Shown here one piece after another: positions 1 to 14,296 of a DNA stretch of 64,000 nucleotides. Origin of the DNA: Phoronis australis (taxonomy: Eukaryota > Animalia > Phoronida); contig NMRA01000269.1 of the NCBI GenBank assembly GCA_002633005.1, positions 407,169 to 471,168 on the forward strand. The letters run 5' to 3'. Every line of letters begins with the position of its first letter. The first letter of the stretch is position 1. A program made the position numbers and the translations under genes. The notes beneath the pieces were generated by a model. The model did no database searches and was not told where the DNA came from. It saw only the letters and a list, made by a program, of their open reading frames with translations.

Positions 1-1750
1 AAAATCAGATCTTTTCTGGCAGTTGAAGAATGGAAAGGTGTATAACTAAATGTTGAACAGAGCTCGATATAAGTGAGAAGACGGTCGAAAGTTCAAGCAA
101 AAAATAAAATGCGAGTAGGAAATTGGTCTCACTCGTATTATTCTAACGGAAGCGAAACGGATGTCTAACACCCTTTTTTGATCATCACTTTGTACAAGTG
201 CAAATCTGTAAATCAGAGTGCAGAATGTGCCGTCACTCGTAGTCTCCAACGAGCATTTCCGCCTGTGTCGAGCGCTGTTGATGTAGAGTTGTAGATTCAC
301 GGTCAGGAGAAAAACGATACGAAGAATAACGAGGTCTCACACCGTCATCAGATGTCTTATAGTAATTTGCAAGTGATAATGATGTAAACCCTACACTCCA
401 GTTACCTAACAAGGAATTTGCAGAAAAACAACTGCGTAACACGCAATAAAAAATCTGCTCAGTCAGGAATTGTAACCATGGCAACAGAAGAATTACCGAT
501 TACTGCCACTATATTCAGGCCAGAGACTATTGGTATAGATCAGTTGTAGATGCAGGTACATGACCAACATCAGCTCTCCTGTTACTGATCACAATATATG
601 TAACTGCCATTTCTGGAGACATGCTCAATGTCACATGTAACGGCAATCCATTAGGGAAATGTTATGGCAAAGATAACACACACACCTAACTGGATACTTT
701 TTATTAGAATAGTTTAAAACATAAGGGTTTGTTAAACTATTACGGCAAACACCTCAAAACGCATAATTGTGATTTTTGAAGACTTGGTCACCTGCGAACA
801 TGTCTAGTAAAAATTTATCTAGGGCAGCACGGTGATGTCCTTAAAGGAGAAAATGATAACTAAAACAAAACCAGCTCTGGAGCCCTTGTATCTCGTTAAA
901 GTTGTTTTAATCCGCGCAATTCTACTTGCAACAAAAAAATAAAACCTTTGGCTTCTTAACTACAAGTATTTGGCAGTTGTGAGGCATTTCTATCAGCGAG
1001 GACTGAAGGTCAACTTTACCATACAATGCTTTCTAAACCTGCCACGATGCATAGATCTACTTTTCAGAATTTCTTTAAAAAAGATACAATCAGGTATTAG
1101 CTACAACACTAACCACGTCACGCCAGCCCGTCTCTTGTCAGCAAGGAAAATGGTATGTTAAGTGTTTCATTACAATTTGAACAAACAGTTTGATCAGTGT
1201 TGAGTTATCCTGTAGCTGTGACAGCTAGGCTTTCCGTTAAAATGATTCAGACTGGAAACTTGAACACCTGACAATGTAATTGAGGAAACGATGCCGCCTA
1301 TGAAAAGTTCACACTTCAACAAACTACAAATAATTTCAGAGGATTTTTGTGCATGTAATCGCTTTCCTTAATTTCCATGAAATTCAATTTGGACTGTAAA
1401 GTAGGTCAAGCATAAGTAATTAGGTTGTGCTTGTGTTAATGGGAGAAACTCTATCAGTAGTTATGAAGCAATATCCACGACATCAAAGAAAAACAGCACG
1501 AAACCTCAGAAAAAAATCCTTTCTGGTGAGGAAATCACAAACAGATGGCAATCATTGGCCTGGTTGCCACAATGCTTTTTGTCATTAACGAAACACCTTC
1601 CCCACCTCCATTCTAGCTACTACCCCCAGCCCCAACATCTTGACTGACTAACATAGGCAGATAGAGTACACATAACCACTGAATCACATATCACTTCCAG
1701 CACCATACAGGAAGAGTCCATTGTCAACAGTACTGAGTTAAGAGGCTTAC

Positions 1751-1781
1751 CTTTATGAAACAGCTTGCTGGGGTGCTTGTC
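1751..1781 (-). CDS. AFF4: Probable AFF micro-exon E, 31 nt, phase 0 to 1: DKHPSKLFHK(G)
   Basis: Strong acceptor ttttatcttgttttttcag| and donor AAG|gtaagc, open in the frame continuing exon D. Vertebrate AFF genes have a similarly short phase 0-to-1 exon here (recalled). The peptide itself is poorly conserved. Confidence 0.65.
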
Positions 1782-1910
1782 CTGAAAAAACAAGATAAAA
1801 TTGTAGATGTACAGACAGTAAAGTCATGTCATTACTACAAACAATGTCATGATCACAGACAGGAAGTGAGACTGGTCACCTTAATGTCATCTTAGGCGGG
1901 GGGGGGGGGG

Positions 1911-1941
1911 NNNNNNNNNNNNNNNNNNNNNNNNNNNNNNN
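1911..1941. other. Assembly gap (N run) preceded by a poly-G tract
   Basis: 31 N directly after a G homopolymer. Confidence 0.95.
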
Positions 1942-4084
1942 CTAAATTTGCAAAAAAAAACCGCCCCGAGTCGGAGGCCATATCACTGATAACATCCACT
2001 AAAGATGAAACCAAATACCCACCTGGGCTGGTGACTTGTCCTTTCCACCTCCCCCACCCACCCATCCACCCATCCACCCATTCAACCCGGATGTACTGAT
2101 GTATTGTAGTCCCAAATCAAATGAATGAATGACAGAAATCAAATCAGTGGTATCATTTTAGACCAGCTTAATAGCTTAAGCTTGAATGATCAATTTTGCA
2201 TGAATGTCAGGGAACATAAGCATGTGAATTATCGAATTACAACGCAAATAATTACGTTTTGGAATTAAATCAAATTTATTAGGTGTTTCTCGGTTCCATA
2301 AGTGATGACACGAGGTAATCATGGTAGCATAGTAACATCATAACTCAACTGGGCTCCACACACTCGGTACATAAGCAATGCACTTGAGGCAAGAATTCTT
2401 GGTAATGTCTCGAGCATATTCCCCAAAACACCCATCTTTCACTCACGCCATTTTGCATGGGGGGTGGGGTCTACAGAATGATACTCAGGCAAACAAGGCC
2501 ATACAGAATTCACTTGACAGTTGTTCAATACAGAGACATAACCCCAGAAGCCAACTGTTGTTAATAACTAGCAAATTGATTCAAGAAACAAGGATTAGCA
2601 GTGGTATTTCCCCTGCCACTAAGCAGACTATTCTGAGACCTTTGTGCCATGAATAGCATTCTGAGGCGACAGACACCAGTGAGACAGACTTCCTACTCGC
2701 TGTCACTCAATATTGGCCTAATGTCTGCCATTTCATTAATTTCAAAGCTTGAGTGGGATTTAATACAATTAAGGATAACAATATCAAACATCTATTAGCC
2801 AGGACAGAAAAAACACTGTAACACAGTGCAGAATAAAAGTAATGTTCAGTGAAACTGAGCAAAAAGAACCACGGCGACGTTCCAATATGACAATGATAAA
2901 GATAGACTATACTGTACTGAACTCTAGTCGTATTCGTCTCAAAACTAGTAATCTATAACAGTGCATACCATACAAAATACGACATGTATACTAAAACATA
3001 AGAGATTTCACGATACTCCAAAATACAAACGTCACATTTTCTCTTTCTTCAGGTAAAACCTACCCAGTTTCAGTTGCATTCACTTGGTCATTATAAACTT
3101 TGCACGAGGAGACTATAACCAGCAAAAGGTAATTTATGAGTTAGTACTTGCAGTTAATATTCTAATACAAGGCTAATAGTACTCAAAGTCAAAAGTCAAA
3201 CAATTTCCGGAGATTCAACAACCTACATCGACTAATTAGAATTCTGGCATTAAGAGCGAAAAAGCAATTAGTTGTCAACTACGGTACTGCTAAACTATCT
3301 TACTTAAGTCAATTACCATTTATGTCGTCAATAAGAAACACTGTAATAGGCACAGGCTGTCCATCCGTGACAGTCTTTTAGATCATCTTTTTCCGCAATA
3401 GTTTTTAATACAGAGACCAAGATGATAATTCTGTGATTTCATATGTTCATAGGTTAAATTTTTCAAAATTCTGTAAATAAAATTTGCAAAGAAATCTATA
3501 AAAATCCACATATTAACAGACCAATAGTAAACTAAGTTGAGGTAAGTTTTTCTAATAAAAATGTGTGAAAGATGTGCAGTCTAAAATAGTTGTTTAGCAA
3601 TGGACGCAATCACTAATAAATCAACTTGAAGCAATTCTGTTGATGCCAATATGGAGGCCACAACTCCCAGAATACATTGCACAACAACAAAATGGCAGCA
3701 GAAGCAATATCCCCCAATCAGCATCAGCAGGAGCAGCAACAACAACAACAAAATGCCATCCCACAACAGGACTGGCTGGTAATATTATGCAACATCAATT
3801 GCAAAGATGTTAGTTGCCAATCAACATCTACAAGGCACAGTCTGCCATTCAAATGGAGAAGGGAGGTCAATCAACTCCCGCCTGATTGAATTCCACCCAT
3901 AAGCATCACTTCTCAGACTTCTCATAATGCAGCCTGAAATGTAATCAATTTGCTATGACCAGAAGCCACTGGAGCCTAGAACAGGTTGACAACAACATTG
4001 GTCTGTCACTAACTGAGAACACATGGGAAAAGAAAATATGAGAAGAGTGTGGCAGTTGATATAATATAGGAGTCCCATGACTAA

Positions 4085-5027
4085 GGTCGCTTTCCCATTA
4101 GGGAAACTTCAGTTTACCAAAACTTCGCCGAAACTTCACCTACCATTCCGACTACACAGCGATATGGAAGTTATCGTTAATGACAGTTGACGCAGTTCAT
4201 TCGTACTCTCAAACGAATATTGAGTAGTGGGATTGAGGCTAACTGAAAAATGGTTCGCCTGCCATTTTTAAGTGTTTATGAAAATGATCAGTGTCTTTCT
4301 TCATCAGATATGCTTTCTTTTATTTATATACGTCCGTCTATTGAGAACACCTCGGCTATGCTGCAAAAACAAAGAACACATTTTGCAAGTCTCACGTGAT
4401 CGTATATCGTTGCCGGGACCTCTACCGAAAACTTCGACTAAGCTTCGCTTTTAGTGTTCCCACAACACCGAAGCTTTGATGGGTACCGAAGCTTCGGTTT
4501 TAAAGTGTACGCAACATGACTCTAGTACCTCAAAATAAATTTTATTATTATGTCTTACTTGATTTCAGTGCCTTTAGTGCACAGCTCATAAAGAAACGCG
4601 TAAAAATTGAAAAAAATAATAATTATGTACAACGTCATGGGTTGAACCCAAGTCGTTCGGCACACTGTTCGGATCAGCAACTAAGTGTATAGAGTGAAGT
4701 GAAAGTAAAGTATATTTAGCGTCGAGAAGGTTCGTAGAGNTATGCTTCTTTTTTTATATACGTCCGTCTATTGAGAGTACGTCAGCTATGCTGCAAAAAC
4801 AAAGAACACATTTTGCAAGTCTCGCGTGATCGTATATCGTTGCCGCGACCTCTACCGAAAACTTCGAAGCTTCGGTTTTAGTGTTCCCACAACACCGAAG
4901 CTTTGATGGGTACCGAAGCTTCGGTTTTAAATTCTACTATTTTATGCGAAATTTTGCTTCCAGATTAACCTTTCCCACTTACCGAAACTTCGGTAACAGC
5001 GAAGTTTCGCTTCTAATGGGAAAGCGA
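4085..5027. mobile_element. Non-autonomous DNA transposon (MITE), Harbinger/PIF-like family A
   Basis: Terminal inverted repeats TCGCTTTCCCATTAG (4087) and CTAATGGGAAAGCGA (to 5027), left flank TAA, internal CGAAGCTTCG/CGAAACTTCG repeats. Homologous to 14297-14941. Superfamily is inferred from GG termini and TAA/TTA flanks. Confidence 0.7.
4504..4739. mobile_element. Left end of a TTAA-inserted element (Kolobok-like, AG terminus), truncated at N
   Basis: Sequence diverges from the duplicate copy immediately after TTAA and begins AGTGTACGC. Confidence 0.45.
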
Positions 5028-6604
5028 GTAAGTGGGAACCCAAGATATGAATTGGTCTGAAAGACGTCCACAATGCATGTGTGTCAATCAAAAAGGCCAT
5101 GAGGTTGGAGCCTGGCAGACGTTGAGATGAGGTGGAATATAGTCTAGCCAAACTGGCTGTACAGAGAAAACACACAACACTGCTGATGTTTATATAAAGA
5201 AGCCTGAAGGAGACATGCTCACTTTATGACATATATTGTCCATAGGCCACACAAAGCATTCCCTCCGCTATAAACCTGCAGGATAAACAGAGTGATATAC
5301 AATATCACCAACATGGTGGATGAGTTGAAGTTTTATTTTCGTATTTTTAAATAAGTGGCTTCATTTTCAAGCTCTGTAGTGTAGCCACAATGCTTTGAAA
5401 GATTACAGGCGGAGCACTACCGCGCTGGAAGCCTCTTGGAAAAAGAAAAGGGGCAATTCCAGCACCAACTTTAGTCTCGATTGGTGAGATTTCACCTGAA
5501 ATTATTCTGTCCCGTCTATCAGCAAAAACACAAACCAGAACTCTCCTCTGATGCAAAGTTAGAACGACACATTGTGATCTACAATAAAGCTTGAAATACA
5601 AGTGTAGATAGTTATCTAATACTCATGTCCTTCAGGGAAGACCTTGCACATACTAACTAGGCGAGACTGTCACAAAAAACAATAAATCTCAATCAATCAT
5701 TCGCTCAAATGTCACAGATATACTACTGACACAACCAGTATTGAAAGCTGTACGATAATTTCCAGCACTTTAGAGTGAGTGCAGTAAACACTCATTGAGG
5801 CACTATGGATTTACTAGCTTCCAAGTACTTTTAGCTTGATCAAAAAAAAACACCACTCGTTTTCTCATGAGTCTATGTTTTCAGCAATAAATATCCAAGA
5901 TTACATCGCGAATGACTTTGAAAAACACAAAAAATCACCCTCTAGACAAGCAGCTTTATAAAAGGACAGGGCAAATTGTGATAATTGAAACTGGCAGGCG
6001 TTCTCTGACGTCATTCACAACACACTGTTAATGTCAGCAAACAAAACAGGACAGGTTCAAAGGTACTAGGCATTTGTCAAGAACTTCAACACTATGGCAA
6101 TAACATAGACAAGGATGTCCAGTGGATGAAAAACACTGGTTAGCATTTTAAATGGCTAGGCGGAGATTAAGGTATAATGCATCGCAGGTTAGCGCAAACG
6201 AGTTAAATTTAGGACAATTTTGGACATAATTTCAATCAATTTAAGTTTCTTTATGACATTTCCTCTTTGATACAAAATCAAAACTGAATCAACTTTTGTG
6301 GAAAATACTCCGAGCAGCAATAAACCTGTGCTTCATCAAAAAAGCAAATTATGACAACCTGCCACTATTTATTCTGCTGAGAAGTGAATTTTGGTTTTGC
6401 AAGTAACTGACACTTCGTTATTACTTGAGACCATGCTCAGCACAAGCCAACTTGTACAGTGTGATCTCAAGCAATAACAAATTGTAAGTTCTTTCTCAGC
6501 CATGAAATCACCTCTTATCTTAACTAAGAGGCAACCTGAGAACAATTTCATGACATTAAACGGTCTGAATCACAAGTTGGCTTTTAAGCCACATTTTCAC
6601 CAGG

Positions 6605-6716
6605 TGTAGTTGACACGGAGCCACTGACACGGAGCAGCTGATCGGGAGCAAGAGTGAGTGTAAACACAGCCGACACGCAGCACGTTGACGCCACGGCAGC
6701 CATGTTTGACACGGGT
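6605..6716. mobile_element. Fragment of the family B group
   Basis: TGACACGGAGC repeats, CAGCTGATCGGG and GTGTAAACAC; reverse orientation relative to the right ends of the 54k and 56k copies. Confidence 0.5.
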
Positions 6717-9700
6717 TTGGGAGGCAGTAGCTGCAATGTCAATTACAGGTATGATGGAAGGCAAGTTGGCAACAGCATTAACTGCAAGGGATTTTCCTTA
6801 AAAACCAGTTGAAGAACAGCAACAACTACAGCACACAGACGATGATACAAACTACTGGACACCAAGTAAACAAATCAATTACAGACTAGTAAGACTTGGG
6901 ATTGCTGCTAGCACTGAAACAAATGTGATGACTAAAGGTGAATATCTTGCACACTCTCTAAGAGTCATAACAGTGCAAAAACCCTCACTTCCTTTCCTGT
7001 TGTTAAATCAATATATCGTGCCAACCAACACCAAACTTCACGCAACAGCAGACATGTACCAGCTTCATTTAACATTGTAATATCTCCGGCATATGCTGCC
7101 TGTAAAGCAAAACAATTCAGAGTTTGCCTTTGCCAATCCCCATTGATTATGGACATTTTAGCACACAATATAATTAATTGCCACAGAATGTAGCGAGTTG
7201 ATAATGAAGCTAGGCGATGTCCTGGCGACACGGTACTAATCACGGTTAAAAGCTCCACCGGCCTCAATCACCAGTCTAATTACGTACGTAACAAATTCTG
7301 CTCAAGATACCGTTGCACTTATATGACAGACTAACTCCTCAAAAGTATCTGTGTAAATTTTATCATCCAAAACCTATCCCTTATTTTTAAATTAGCGATC
7401 AGCCATTTTCAGCAGAACTTTGCCTTATATGGGCGTACTTTCCACACATTCCTACAGCGTATTCTTTACTCAAGGAGACATGAAATGATTTCAGCTAATT
7501 CGCATTCGTAAAATTATTATGTTTATGTAGAAAAATGGTAAAACCATTCGTGAAAGCAGCACACGATCAGCTCAATACATGTGAAATGTTTGTAACTGGA
7601 AATTTAAAGTTATTTCGCATAAAAAGCCCTGTCGCGCTACTGGACTAGTGCGCTGTAGCTCCATTTTAGACAATATTGTCTACAAGCCGTTGGTGTTTTG
7701 TGACAGATGCACCATGAGTGCACCACATCAACCCCTTAGTACCGTAAGCGCTTTTTAACTTTCATTCAAAAGATGTTGTGATACATCCGAAAACAACAAA
7801 AATTCAGTTTCAAATGGCATTCAACTAAAAATAGCAACAATACAGACTCAGCCTATCTATGTCATTCTTTTCTGATTGGCATGGTTCATTTCTCCATTTC
7901 AGAACCCTGGTCCAGCAAATTTCCTGATCCATGCCCGGGTTCCGACAAAATGAGGTGAATTCCCATTCTCATTTTTTTAAATGGAATCTAATTCCTTGGA
8001 TTATTCATCTCCAAAATTCTGCTCTCTACATCATGAAACATTTTCAAGGCAAATGACATCCCACAATGTTATCCTGCATAAGCATGTTTCTAATTGGCCT
8101 GTCGTTCAAAAACAAACCTAAATTGACCAATCACAAATTTCATTACACACTGGTACTTACAATACATCTTAAGTTATTGGTTGGATTTTGCATTATCTAG
8201 ATTATTTCCAACATTTAACTGGAATTTCTGCATCAATCTCCAACAATCTGATGCGGATGACCTTAAGGGTATTTTTACAATTAGCTGATCTGAGAAATAA
8301 ATCCTCAAAACGGTGTAATATTTAAAATCCGTACGTAGCGATTTTGAGGTCTTAAAAGTACGTAGAATACCGGTGAATTTGTAACAGTTGGCAGTCCAGC
8401 AAATGTAGGATTACTAACACACTGACAAGTGAATAGCAATATATCACACCTCAAGATACACTTGACTGCAAATGACAAACTGCAACAATCTTAATATAAA
8501 AAGTGATTAGCACAGCAGCGGTATACAACTGAGGGGCATGTGCCCGGATGGACACAAAACACGGCAAATGCCACAGAATCAGAAAGATTACTGCTACGAG
8601 CCCCTGAAAAGCGAAAAAGGGTTTGGAAATATTTTCTGCATTAAAATTGGTGAGATTATACTGTTCCTTTGAAGCACAAGTATGTCAGCTGGAACCTAAT
8701 GTTTATGATAACTCTTTCAATAGTTATACACGAATCAATTTCATTCACACAGTTCACCCCTGAAGCAATTATTCACTAATAAGTTGAATGCTCTGGAAAT
8801 GGTTACTTAACAAATGGATACTCATTACCGCAGACATCCATAATAGTGTGAATAGACAACAAAAGGACGTTCCCACAGTCTCGGAAGTTTTGGTATTTGT
8901 TTGGCTCGGCTGTTGCCTGCTCAAGACTCAAGTTTTTTAAACGTGTCATTTTCTAGTTTATCATCATCATCCCAACGTGGCAACTGCTGGCTGCCATGCG
9001 AAGTTGAGGTTCCAGTTTCCATCTGGGGAGAGAGAGAGAGGTTCTTGCCAATTCTGATGGCAAAGTCAAGAACAGCAAGGCTATATGACCATAGGTCATC
9101 AGCGTCCTCTTGTGATGACTTCGCTTAACTGTAACTCCGAAGATGATGGGAATACTGACGTTAAACATCACTGCTAACCTCAGTTAACATCAAAGCTTCG
9201 GAAGCAGCAAAGTCAACTGTATGGGAAAGGCCTCAAAAGTCCATACAGCTACTCATTGATTAACACCACATATCTTGGAATGACAAGTACAGGAAGCTCA
9301 ATGTTGCCTTCTCATTATGGAAACTCTGGTCTATCAAAATTTCATCACAGCTTCCACTGCCTTTCCCAAACACTTCTCTGGTAAGTAACATTGGGAGTTA
9401 TAACTAGCTCTCTGGATTAACCACCAGATGGCAGAGTTGATTCACACACTAGACTGAATATGTGTATTGCATGTCCCAACCGTAACAATTACTCCAGTTG
9501 GGGCAGATTTAACTTTTCCCCACAGCAGGGGAGTTAGGCAACTTCTGCGGATTAATCCAACTATTTTGCTATCCTGAGAGGAGTTTAAGTGCGGGAGTTA
9601 CTTTCCCACTGACTGAAACTTCTCAAAACACGAGAGTTGAAGGGTCTGTGGGAAAGAAACATAATTGAATCCCTGAGCAACTAGACAAGTGGCCACAGAT

Positions 9701-11081
9701 AGGCAATAAAAAAGTCAATAACTTGCAGCAGTGCTGTTATTAACAGAAAATTAGATGTGGATTAAGAAAAATGTGGACAGAATAATCACCTAGCAGAGAA
9801 AAAAAAATAGGCAATCACCCTTTCATGCCAGCAAGCTGTTCCTTTCTGGAGAGCAAAGTACACACACTAGATGCTGCTGTTGTATCTGACTGACTGACGG
9901 AAGTTTCCACAGACAGACTGCAGTCTCAAATTCCATTAAAACAATGATGATTCGTCAGCGAGAAGTTGTGATTATTTTTCTGCTTGTTATGTGATAATTT
10001 TTTGTTATTCTTTCAATATACTCAATATATACCACCAAGTCTTGCAACCTCTCGAATACTGCCACCTGTTGGCCATCTACCTTTTTGATCTTTCAAATCA
10101 CACTTCTGTTTCAATTATGTAATTGCCCAAAATACAAACTCTTCCCTAAATATAAGCTCGGTGCAAAACCAAGTGTTTAACAGCAGAGTCTTGCATTACA
10201 CCGAGACAAAAATAATTTTCAAAATATCGAAATTCCATCGTCACGCGCGCAATATAATTAACTGTTAAAATGACTTGAAAATAGTCAGCGGAATTCATAA
10301 TTATTCGAGCGCAAATAACAGTGTATCATAGAAGCCATACAAGTGTTTATAAAGTAAATCTTGGAAGCCATAAATATAGTCATTTTCTCAAACGGAAATA
10401 TGCATGAGTACTAGGGATATAGTCTGGACATGTAGACGAGATTCCTATCTATTATGTGGAGAATTAGAGCATAAGCAACAACTAACAATCATTGCCAGCT
10501 AAATTGGTATGAATTTTTTTACTCCCAAGCGATGCAAAATAGCAACTAATCATTGGGGTTCCCCTGTTACTTTGGAATTTTCTGTCAGTAAGAAATGATA
10601 CGTCATTATGGAAATTGGAAATGCTTTCATGAGTAAACACAATCTTCCGAAATTACACACCTTATAAGTAAGTCACCTTCGTCTGACAAAATTTCTAATT
10701 CCAAACAGAACTGGTTAAATGAGAGTATCCCAACTTTTAGTGCTTAGTTTTACTAACAAATTCTACACTGTAATTGAAAATAACTAAATATCTCACAGTA
10801 GAACTCATCCCAAGGCACTAGCTAACTCACGCCATCAATAACGCATTCATCTACAAAGGCACCAACTATTGTAAAACATTGATAGATAAGACTTATCAGA
10901 TTATCGCTATTATCAATTACTTTTGTGGTTAAAAATAGATAGCATTTTACATTAGAACTAAAATCGTTCAACAATCTTATTCTAATACCAAGGACCCAAT
11001 AGATAAGCGCACCATTACCCCTCATTACCTTCAGCTTCCACCAAACTGGAGAATGACGTGCAAATAGGCATTTCTCGATAA

Positions 11082-11141
11082 GCGGTGACATAATGAAACT
11101 AGTCTTCTCACAAGATGGCGATGAAGTACTTGGTGGACAGC
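11082..11141. repeat. Interspersed repeat core, second copy 22645-22704
   Basis: GCGGTGACATAATGAAA...GTCTT...AGATGGyGAT...TTGGTGGACAGC in both. Confidence 0.55.
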
Positions 11142-14100
11142 TTTCAATGCCACCTAAAGTTCACCCTACTGATTCGAATGGAGATTTAGACATTGTGGTT
11201 ATACAATGTTTTGCAGTAGGATATTCAAATGCAAAAAGTCCAGAGAGGCAAAATGCTTGTGAATGTCTGACAACTCAGCCAGGCTTGTTCACCAGAATTT
11301 AAAATTGTGTCCAGCTGAGATTGAGTGGCTGTCATATCCCACAGTGCTGTGTGTAGGTTTCTCATTCGCATATACTATATTCATGTACGATATTTTTGTA
11401 CCATATCATAAAACTTAAAGACCAAAGCATTGTGGAATTTAGGAAGTAAATTTAAAAAATAATAATTTAAAGTTGCATTTTGCTAACCAAAAAGCAAAAA
11501 GCAAATTCCGCTTTTTCATCTCATAAAAATCAATTTCATAATTTTCCATACTTTGCTCAGATTCTAGTGACAACAAGAACTTCAAAAAACCGACTTCAGA
11601 AAAAAGTTCAGAATTTATTGGGGTTGCCAACACTAAAATTGCAGACTCAAAATAGCACATGTACACATTGCCTGTGACGAGAGTCGACGACTCATTCAAT
11701 AATAATTCAAGATCCGAAGAGCGTGGTTATGTTTTTAGGTCCCAAAGCGCTACTGTTAAGAATTCAAGATTGACCCCTAAACAGGGATGAAATGCACTTT
11801 TAATTTAGTGCAAGCCACTTACTTTTCCCTGGAGACATGTGTTGAAAATCTAGAAAGCTACCAAATCTATTCCTTGGGTAAAGGTACTTATACACCAGTA
11901 CCATCAACACTATCAAATTTCAAACATGGCAGACAGTGTTTCACCAAAAAGAGACAGGTATAGGCCTGGCCCTCACAATAAACAGTGACACATCACAACC
12001 TTATCAGTAATTGGTATGGATGTCAATGAGGACACTATATGGGTAAATAGATTTAGAAGCTAACATACTGTAATAGCATCTAAACAACTCCCTGACAATG
12101 AGTTAGGGCCAGCACAACCTCAAGAATCCACCACTCAGATTTCCACAGTGTAAGCGCGTGAACTAATTGATCAAGCTCATCACTGGGCAACGTTTCAAAA
12201 GACTCAATGGAATCTTAGCGCTGATACTAATTCAGAGCAATTTAGCATCAGTGAATATGACAAAACTAACACCGTGTTGATATTAAATGTGATTACTGAA
12301 CAACGTTCATCCCCATATTAATAATCATCTAAATTGACGCCCGTCCAAGTCAACATTGTTAGATAAATAGGAAGGAAACGCTATCAATGACAGAGGCGAT
12401 GACTTGTATTTACATTCATAATACAGTAATCTGTTTTCAATTTCGCACAAAAGTGTTTGATAAAATTGTATTTTTTATTTTACAAAGGACGAATACATTG
12501 TTAAAAGGTACAATCAAAGTTTTTTGTTTTATAAAAAATCACTGTTGTTGAGAAATTGGACAAAATCAAAATCCCACATCTCTTGCACACTGTGTGCTAA
12601 ACTAAAAATCTTTTCCGAACACTAATACGAGCACAGAATGGAAAGTCAATAGCAACAAAATGATCCCTTAGATATTTTTTACTTTTTCACAACCTACATA
12701 CACTAAATACTTTATAGGATCACAACATGGCCACATCAAAAATGCTGTGAGCAGAAACAGACCAGTGAACTGGCCAACAGAACCAGGGAGACCAAGGACT
12801 CTCCAGCTCTCAGACAGGCTCGCCTATCAAAAGCTGGCGCAAATCCACAAAGAAAACATCACACAACACAACAGCTCTATTGAAGATCTTTTAGTCTGTG
12901 TTAGGCCACCCAGAGAACCAAGCTGACTGGTACTTATAAACAATCCAATTGACCAGGTTGAGACAGTGTCAGGGTAGGGGCATAATTACCACCATTTGAA
13001 AAACATCTCCAGCAAAGAGGTCCCCCCCTCCGGCTAGAGTGGGGTAATAGGGTGACAAACATATCTTTACAGTGCAAAATGTTCTTCTTCAACATAGAGC
13101 TAATTAGCATTAACCAGCACAGTGTCAAATTCTTTTTATGTTGATGGTACACGACAGGAAAACTTAAATCTAACGGCACGGTCAATCAAGAACTAATAAT
13201 AGTTTACAATTACACCTTCGTCAATTTATCAAAAGATTTGTGGAAACAGTGAACAGGTGTAAAGTACCGACTAAACGAATCATCGCACAGATACAAAATT
13301 TAAAATAAATTATCAAGCGTTCTCCAGACAGCATTTAAAAACCATCATTGATTATGACATATCCCTAGTTCGGTCAATTAACTCCATACTGCAGATTGAC
13401 AGGAACTGAATTCAGACAATATTGATCATTTCTAATAGCTACTGACACTTGAAAGACCAAGTGATGTCAAAACTTCTTACCTATGTAATTCAATTATTTC
13501 ACATTACATATGAGCTTAATCATAATCTCTAACCCAAATTAATGGTTAATGTTTGCTGACTGATCAACATTCCTAAATGGTAAAATGTCTCCAATGATAT
13601 TTACAATGAGATAAAGTCAGCTATACTTGTTCACTTCGTTTACCACACCCATTCATCGTTAACAGACAGGTAAACCAGGTTAGTTAGGTATTTAGAGCTT
13701 GGGAGCATAACGCACTCGTTGACCTGCTAAGTAATTAAGCTTAACGCAAATATAATGAAAATTTTATCAACAAAATGGGGCACAGGAGTGTTCTAACGAT
13801 TCTCCACTGAAGTCATGTTTAGGCAACTTAACTCTGCTACAAGTAAATATGCCATAATGATTTTAAGTCTTGATAGCTTATCACCACTGGAATACTTTCA
13901 GCAAGATAGCAACAACAAACGTCCAAGAGATATTACAAGACCAACCTGCTGCTTACTGCAGAAATCTTCCACTTGGTTTTACCACCAGGTGTCAGTGGTT
14001 TCCAAATCGAGGCTCAATCTGGATATCACTCCAGCTCATTGTTTTAACTTCAAAAAATCGTCGCAGTCTTTTGTCCGGCATCAGGACATGCAGGCAAATG

Positions 14101-14296
14101 ATAAATCACAGTTCACAGTTACTAAAACCAATGGAACTACTTTCATCAACCAATGCCTAAGACCTGACACATAACGAAACTTTTTGGGCTAATTTTTACC
14201 ACATTAGGAAAAATAATTCTTCATGAGGAATTCAATTTCAGAACCCAAACAATTTGAAAAATCATCAGTAATTATGAATTATTACAGCCTGTCGTT

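Noticed and set aside
233-484. ORF ending QAEMLVGDYE, faintly like AFF LGNYDE
   Set aside because: The true motif is already in exon B, a stop follows immediately and there are no convincing splice sites.
3677-3889. Poly-Q ORF
   Set aside because: Short CAG/CAA microsatellite antisense to AFF, with no splice or homology support.
11818-11860. 27-nt micro-exon candidate (IFNTCLQGK, GTAAGT donor)
   Set aside because: Short pyrimidine tract and no AFF similarity; cannot be supported without RNA data.
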